From assembly GCA_965200245.1 (NCBI GenBank), contig CBDATS010000004.1:224001-288000 (forward strand): a stretch of 64,000 bases of DNA, read 5' to 3'. Every line of letters starts with the position of its first letter. Position 1 is the stretch's first letter. Under the pieces are notes generated by a model that was not told the origin of the DNA, ran no database searches, and worked only from the letters and a program-made list of their open reading frames with translations. The position numbers were made by a program, and so were the translations under genes. Origin of the DNA: a bacterium (GTDB taxonomy: Bacteria; UBA8248). Of this stretch, positions 59,405 to 64,000 are shown piece by piece.

Positions 59405-60387
59405 GCGTTCACGTCTACTACCACGCGGCCCCGCACCCGCCCTTTCAGTATCTCGCCACCCAAGCCGGACAGATCGGACAGCGTCGCTTCGGCAATCATC
59501 GACTCGAGTTTGTCCTGCGGCATCTCCTCCCCAAGCCGTGTCCACGCCTTACTGCGGGGTTCATAGGGGCACATGACGGAATCGATGCCAAGCAGGTTCA
59601 CGCCCCGAAGGAGAAAAGGGATCACCGTCGTCTCGAGCGCGCTCCCGCCGGCCAGACCCACCGCCGCCACCGAACTTCCATATTTCATTTGCGTGAGCAG
59701 GCGAGCCAGCGTCGTACCGCCCACCGAATCGATGCAGCCCGCCCAGCGCTCGCTCTCGAGCGGGCGTTTTGTGGTTTCGGCGAGTTCGCTCCGGTCGATG
59801 ATTTTCGATGCACCGAGCGATCCGAGATATTCGTGGGTTTCCTCCCTGCCAGTCGAGGCGGTGACGGAATAGCCCAGATGCGCAAGAACAGCCACTGCGA
59901 CCGAGCCGACTCCTCCTGCAGCGCCCGTTACCAGAACTTCCCCGTCATCCACACCCAGACCGTGGTCCTCCAGCGCCTGAACGGAGAGCATCGCGGTGAA
60001 ACCCGCCGTGCCGAGTGCCATCGCCTGTCTCGTCGAGAGGTTCTCGGGCAGATGGACCAGCCAGTCCCCCTTGACGCGCGCTTTCTGGGAATATCCGCCC
60101 CAGTGCGACTCACCGACCCGCCAGCCAGTGAGAATCACCTTGTCCCCGGGGCTGTAACCTGAGTGCGTACTCTCTTCCACGGTACCCGCGAAGTCGATGC
60201 CCCCGATGTGAGGGTAATTCCGCACCAGCCGCCCGATGCCGCCCAGAACCATCCCGTCCTTGTAATTGAGCGTCGAATAATCTATCGCGACCGTCACGTC
60301 GCCGTCCGGCAGGCTCGCCTCGTCGAGTTCCTGAATCGACGAGGTGACTTTCCCGTCCGCTTCCTCCAAAACCAGAGCACGAAACAT
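59401..60387 (-). CDS. acuI: Acrylyl-CoA reductase AcuI/YhdH family
   Basis: STLNYKD, GTAGFTAML, GAAGGVGS, PFLLRGVNLLGIDSV. Confidence 0.85.
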   Translation of the reverse strand: MFRALVLEEADGKVTSSIQELDEASLPDGDVTVAIDYSTLNYKDGMVLGGIGRLVRNYPHIGGIDFAGTVEESTHSGYSPGDKVILTGWRVGESHWGGYSQKARVKGDWLVHLPENLSTRQAMALGTAGFTAMLSVQALEDHGLGVDDGEVLVTGAAGGVGSVAVAVLAHLGYSVTASTGREETHEYLGSLGASKIIDRSELAETTKRPLESERWAGCIDSVGGTTLARLLTQMKYGSSVAAVGLAGGSALETTVIPFLLRGVNLLGIDSVMCPYEPRSKAWTRLGEEMPQDKLESMIAEATLSDLSGLGGEILKGRVRGRVVVDVNA

Positions 60388-60407
60388 AATGCATCATCTC
60401 CATATAG

Positions 60408-60893
60408 TCAGCTTTGTTCTATCGCCTCCTTGAACAGGCCGAGCGTCGCTTCGGCGAACGCCCACATATTCGCCTCCCTGTTCGCATCGCCCGTCTCAAG
60501 CGTCATTACCTTTTCCACCGGACCGGATACTGCCATGCACGAATGTCCGGGTGCATCCCCGTACCTGTTGCCCGAAGGGCCCGCCGCCCCGGTTTCAGAG
60601 AGGCCCCATGTCGAACCCAGCCTGTCCTTGATCGCCGCAGCCAACTTCGCCGCGTAAGGCTCCGTGCTCGGCCTCATTCCCTCGAAGGTCTCTTCGGGCA
60701 GTCCCAAGAGGATACTCCTCGAATCGTAGGTGTAGAGCACCCCGCCACCCATGTAGTAGGCCGAAGCTCCCGGAACCGCGAGAAGTGCAGAGGAAACCAG
60801 ACCGCCCGCGGAGGTTTCCGCAACGGTGACCGTTTGCTCCCTATCCTTCAGCATTTGCCCGATTTCACCGGCCATTCGCGTGAGTAGATCCAT
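60408..60893 (-). CDS. CinA C-terminal/PncC-like protein (non-canonical active site)
   Basis: AETSAGG, PGAS, SETGAAGP. Confidence 0.85.
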   Translation of the reverse strand: MDLLTRMAGEIGQMLKDREQTVTVAETSAGGLVSSALLAVPGASAYYMGGGVLYTYDSRSILLGLPEETFEGMRPSTEPYAAKLAAAIKDRLGSTWGLSETGAAGPSGNRYGDAPGHSCMAVSGPVEKVMTLETGDANREANMWAFAEATLGLFKEAIEQS

Positions 60894-61082
60894 GTACGTC
60901 TCCAGATGTAAAAAACGCAAACCCAGAAGTTGGAACAATGGCACAATCTCGCCCGAAAATCATCCGTCGCCGATTCCGGTACACATAAAGGACGCGAGGG
61001 GAAGATATTTTCTTCTCGTGATATATTGCGAAAAACGCACGCCATGATTTGAGTATGTCCGATTTCACGGAGGAAACATCTT

Positions 61083-63410
61083 ATGCCCGATGGGAGGGAC
61101 GGGGTCGAGAAACGCCATCACAGTTCCCACTGGGGGGCTTTCCGGGCGCACGTACGCGATGGCCGCATGGTGGGCTTCGAGCCCTTCTCCCATGATCCAG
61201 CGCCCTCCCCCATCCTAGAGTCCATCCAGGATGCCATATATGACGAAACCCGCATCTCCCGGCCCATGATCCGCGCGGGCTGGCTCGAGCACGGCCCCGG
61301 CAAACACACCGAAGGACGCGGCGGCGAACCCTTCGTGCCAGTTTCCTGGGAGACGGTCCTCGGGATGGTCTCTGACGAGATAGAGCGAATCAGGACCGAA
61401 CACGGCAACGAATCCATTTTCGCCGGTTCATACGGCTGGGCGAGCGCGGGCCGCTTCCACCATGCCAATACTTTACTCAAGAGATTCTTCAATTGCTACG
61501 GCGGCTTTACGGATCAGGTGACCACTTACAGCATCGCCGCGGGATACGTCATCCTCCCCCATGTCCTGGGGGACAATGTCGCCTGCTCGGGTCCTATCAC
61601 GACGTGGGACAGTATCGAGCAGGAGGGCGGGCTTTTCGTCATGTTCGGCGGCATACCGGTCAAGAACACGCAGGTCGCTGCGGGAGGTACGGGAGAACAC
61701 ACTCTCGAGCTTTGGCTCGAAAGGGCGAAGGCGAACGGGGTGGAATTCGTGAACGTAAGCCCCTTGAAAGACGATGTGCCCGATTTCCTGGAGGCCCAGT
61801 GGCTCGCCGTACGCCCCAATACGGACGTGGCGCTCATGCTCGGCCTCGCTCATACGCTTTGGGAGGAGAACCTGCATGACAAGGAGTTCCTCGCGCGCTA
61901 TTGCGTGGGTTTCGAGAGGTTCGAAGCCTATCTGACGGGTGAAACCGACGGCTGGCCCAAAACCGCGGACTGGGCGGCTCCCATCACGGGAATCGGGGCG
62001 GACGTCATTCGAAGCCTCGCCCGGCGCATGGCGGGCGTGCGAACCATGCTCAACACGAACTGGTCGCTTCAGCGCGGGGACCACGGTGAGCAGACGTTCT
62101 GGATGACTACCACGCTCGCCGCCATGCTCGGGCAAATCGGGCTGCCCGCCGGCGGGTTCGGCTTCGGCTACGGGAGCATGGGCGGGCGCGGAACGCCGCG
62201 CGAGGACATTCCCTCCGTCAAGATGAATTTCGGAAAAAACCCGACGGGCAGCTTCATCCCCGTCGCCCGTATCGCGGACATGATGCTCCAGCCCGGTGGG
62301 GAATACGACTTCAACGGCGAGCGCCGCACTTACCCCGATATCCGCATGGTGTACTGGTGCGGCGGCAATCCCTTCCACCACCATCAGGATCTGAACCGGC
62401 TGGTGAAGGCGTGGCGGCGGCCTGAAACCATTGTCGTCCACGACCCCTGGTGGACATCCACCGCGCGTCATGCGGATATCGTGCTGCCCGCCACAACGAC
62501 GCTCGAGCGTAACGACATCGGCTCGAGTTCGAGGGATCGCTTCATCCTTGCAATGCACAAGGTCATCGAGCCAGTAGGTGATGCCCGACACGATTTCGAC
62601 ATCTTCTCAGATTTGTCCGAGCGCCTCGGCTTCAAGCGTGCGTTCACCGAAGACCGTAACGAGATGGAATGGCTCCGGCACATCTACGAAGAGGCACGCC
62701 AGAAGGCCGCTTCCAAAGGCGTAGTTCTCGACACGTTCGATCATTTCTGGGAGACGGGGCACACAGAAGTCGCCCCGCCGGAGACGCCCTACGTCTACCT
62801 GGCCGATTTCCGGGAAGACCCGGAAAAACACGCGCTCAAAACGCCTTCGGGGAAGATAGAGATATTTTCCGAGCGCATCGAGAGCTTCGGTTATGACGAT
62901 TGTCCGCCCCACCCCGCCTGGCTTGAACCCATAGAATGGCTTGGAAGCGAACTGGCGGAGAAATTTCCGCTGCACCTGATCTCGAACCAGCCGCGCACGA
63001 GACTCCATGGCCAGATGGACAGCGGTTCCACCAGCATCAAGAGCAAGATTCAGGGCAGAGAGCCGGTGTGGATTCATCCCGAAGACGCCACCGCGCGGGG
63101 AATCCGAGGCGGAGACGTCGTGCGAATCTTCAACGAACGGGGTGCGATCCTGGCCGGTGCCGTCATCACTGACGGGCTGCTGCCGGGCGTCATCCAGCTC
63201 TCAACGGGTGCATGGTACGACCCGCAGGAGCCGGGCAGAATCGGCGCGCTCGACAAACACGGAAATCCCAACGTCTTGACACCCGACAAGGGAACCTCGA
63301 GCCTCGGACAGGGCCCTAGCGCGCACAGCGCGCTGGTGGAGATGGAACGCTACGAGGAGGAGCTTCCCGAGGTTACGGCGTTTCAACCCCCATCCCTAAT
63401 CGAGGCGTAG
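61083..63410 (+). CDS. Cytoplasmic DMSO/biotin-sulfoxide reductase family Mo-bisPGD enzyme (BisC-like)
   Basis: SHWG, GSYGWASAG, YS (Ser ligand), GGNPFHHHQD, RLHGQ; no Tat signal. Confidence 0.9.
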   Translation: MPDGRDGVEKRHHSSHWGAFRAHVRDGRMVGFEPFSHDPAPSPILESIQDAIYDETRISRPMIRAGWLEHGPGKHTEGRGGEPFVPVSWETVLGMVSDEIERIRTEHGNESIFAGSYGWASAGRFHHANTLLKRFFNCYGGFTDQVTTYSIAAGYVILPHVLGDNVACSGPITTWDSIEQEGGLFVMFGGIPVKNTQVAAGGTGEHTLELWLERAKANGVEFVNVSPLKDDVPDFLEAQWLAVRPNTDVALMLGLAHTLWEENLHDKEFLARYCVGFERFEAYLTGETDGWPKTADWAAPITGIGADVIRSLARRMAGVRTMLNTNWSLQRGDHGEQTFWMTTTLAAMLGQIGLPAGGFGFGYGSMGGRGTPREDIPSVKMNFGKNPTGSFIPVARIADMMLQPGGEYDFNGERRTYPDIRMVYWCGGNPFHHHQDLNRLVKAWRRPETIVVHDPWWTSTARHADIVLPATTTLERNDIGSSSRDRFILAMHKVIEPVGDARHDFDIFSDLSERLGFKRAFTEDRNEMEWLRHIYEEARQKAASKGVVLDTFDHFWETGHTEVAPPETPYVYLADFREDPEKHALKTPSGKIEIFSERIESFGYDDCPPHPAWLEPIEWLGSELAEKFPLHLISNQPRTRLHGQMDSGSTSIKSKIQGREPVWIHPEDATARGIRGGDVVRIFNERGAILAGAVITDGLLPGVIQLSTGAWYDPQEPGRIGALDKHGNPNVLTPDKGTSSLGQGPSAHSALVEMERYEEELPEVTAFQPPSLIEA

Positions 63411-64000
63411 ATGTCCAAAAAATTCTTCTCGGATCATGCAAAGTGGCCCCGGTGCGTTTCGGGAGGGCCTTTTCTGTTCTTCAGCGGGCGGATGGGGATG
63501 CATCCGAAAACGGGGAACATTTGCACCAGGTACACCGACATCGGCGAGAAGGGGCCTGCCCGGACGAAAAACTATCCCTGGGTCGACAGGATAGAAGCGC
63601 CCATCGGCGCTCAAGCCATCGCCACTTATGAAGGTGTGGGAGAAACGCTTGAAGCGAAAGACGGGGGGCTTGAGAACCTGCTCAGGTTCCATCTCTATCA
63701 GCTCGACAAGCGCTTTTTCCCGGTATTCGACAGCATCCGGCGTCACTATGAACCGAAAGCACCGACGCCGAGCACCGCCGTGGGCATGGGCGCGTTCGAC
63801 CCGGAAAGATCCGTGCGCTTCAACATCGACGGCATCGCCTTGAACCCGGAAGCCGCGAGAACCCTGGGTAAAAGAATGGTGCATGAAGGCTCCAGGGCGC
63901 ATTCAGCCGCGGCTCATTTCTCCCACGTCGTGGGAGCGGGACCGTACCTTTTCGTCGCCGGACAGATTCCGACGGATACCTCGAAACCCGGATCCCCCCT
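63411..64000 (+). CDS. Multi-domain RidA/YjgF-like protein (3' truncated by the window)
   Basis: Open frame from the ATG right after the BisC stop: MSKKFF...FLFFSGRMG...; a second repeat starts HFSHVVGAGPYLFVAGQIP. Confidence 0.7.
   Translation, partial: MSKKFFSDHAKWPRCVSGGPFLFFSGRMGMHPKTGNICTRYTDIGEKGPARTKNYPWVDRIEAPIGAQAIATYEGVGETLEAKDGGLENLLRFHLYQLDKRFFPVFDSIRRHYEPKAPTPSTAVGMGAFDPERSVRFNIDGIALNPEAARTLGKRMVHEGSRAHSAAAHFSHVVGAGPYLFVAGQIPTDTSKPGSP

Noticed and set aside
60408-60893. Calling this pncC (NMN deamidase)
   Set aside because: The catalytic Ser (AESCTGG) is Thr and the conserved Lys is not evident, so it resembles non-functional CinA homologs

Overview
GC-rich bacterial chromosome segment. 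The left ~11 kb is core housekeeping: the start of rplJ, then rplA-rplK-nusG-secE-tRNA-Trp-tuf, four more tRNAs, rlmB, cysS, ispF, ispD, a PIN/TRAM protein, moaC and dcd. The rest is mostly accessory catabolic, redox and transport genes: LLM/PPOX oxidoreductases, two molybdoenzymes, AtuA/DUF4387, PrpE, AcuI, cupins, a Rieske protein, an amidohydrolase and an amidase. The gene mix is suggestive of a marine, possibly sponge-associated Nitrospinota/Tectomicrobia-like organism, but this is inference only. The main signals missed by the ORF track are: (1) two split ORF pairs that join into single selenoproteins through in-frame UGA, an OsmC-like protein (15668-16144) and an AhpD-like CxxU protein (43550-44149), each with a similarly placed SECIS-like hairpin; (2) a candidate sigma-54-dependent, IHF-assisted ~150-nt small RNA with its own terminator (23184-23336); (3) NrdR-like boxes, a phased DnaA-box-like array interrupted by G21, and a structured leader upstream of dcd; (4) a decayed low-GC dual-OB/DUF488/DUF488 cassette; (5) an LLM/PPOX/selenoprotein operon and a putative amidohydrolase-fold oxygenase with a Rieske partner. 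All family assignments come from motif recognition by eye; no searches were run.
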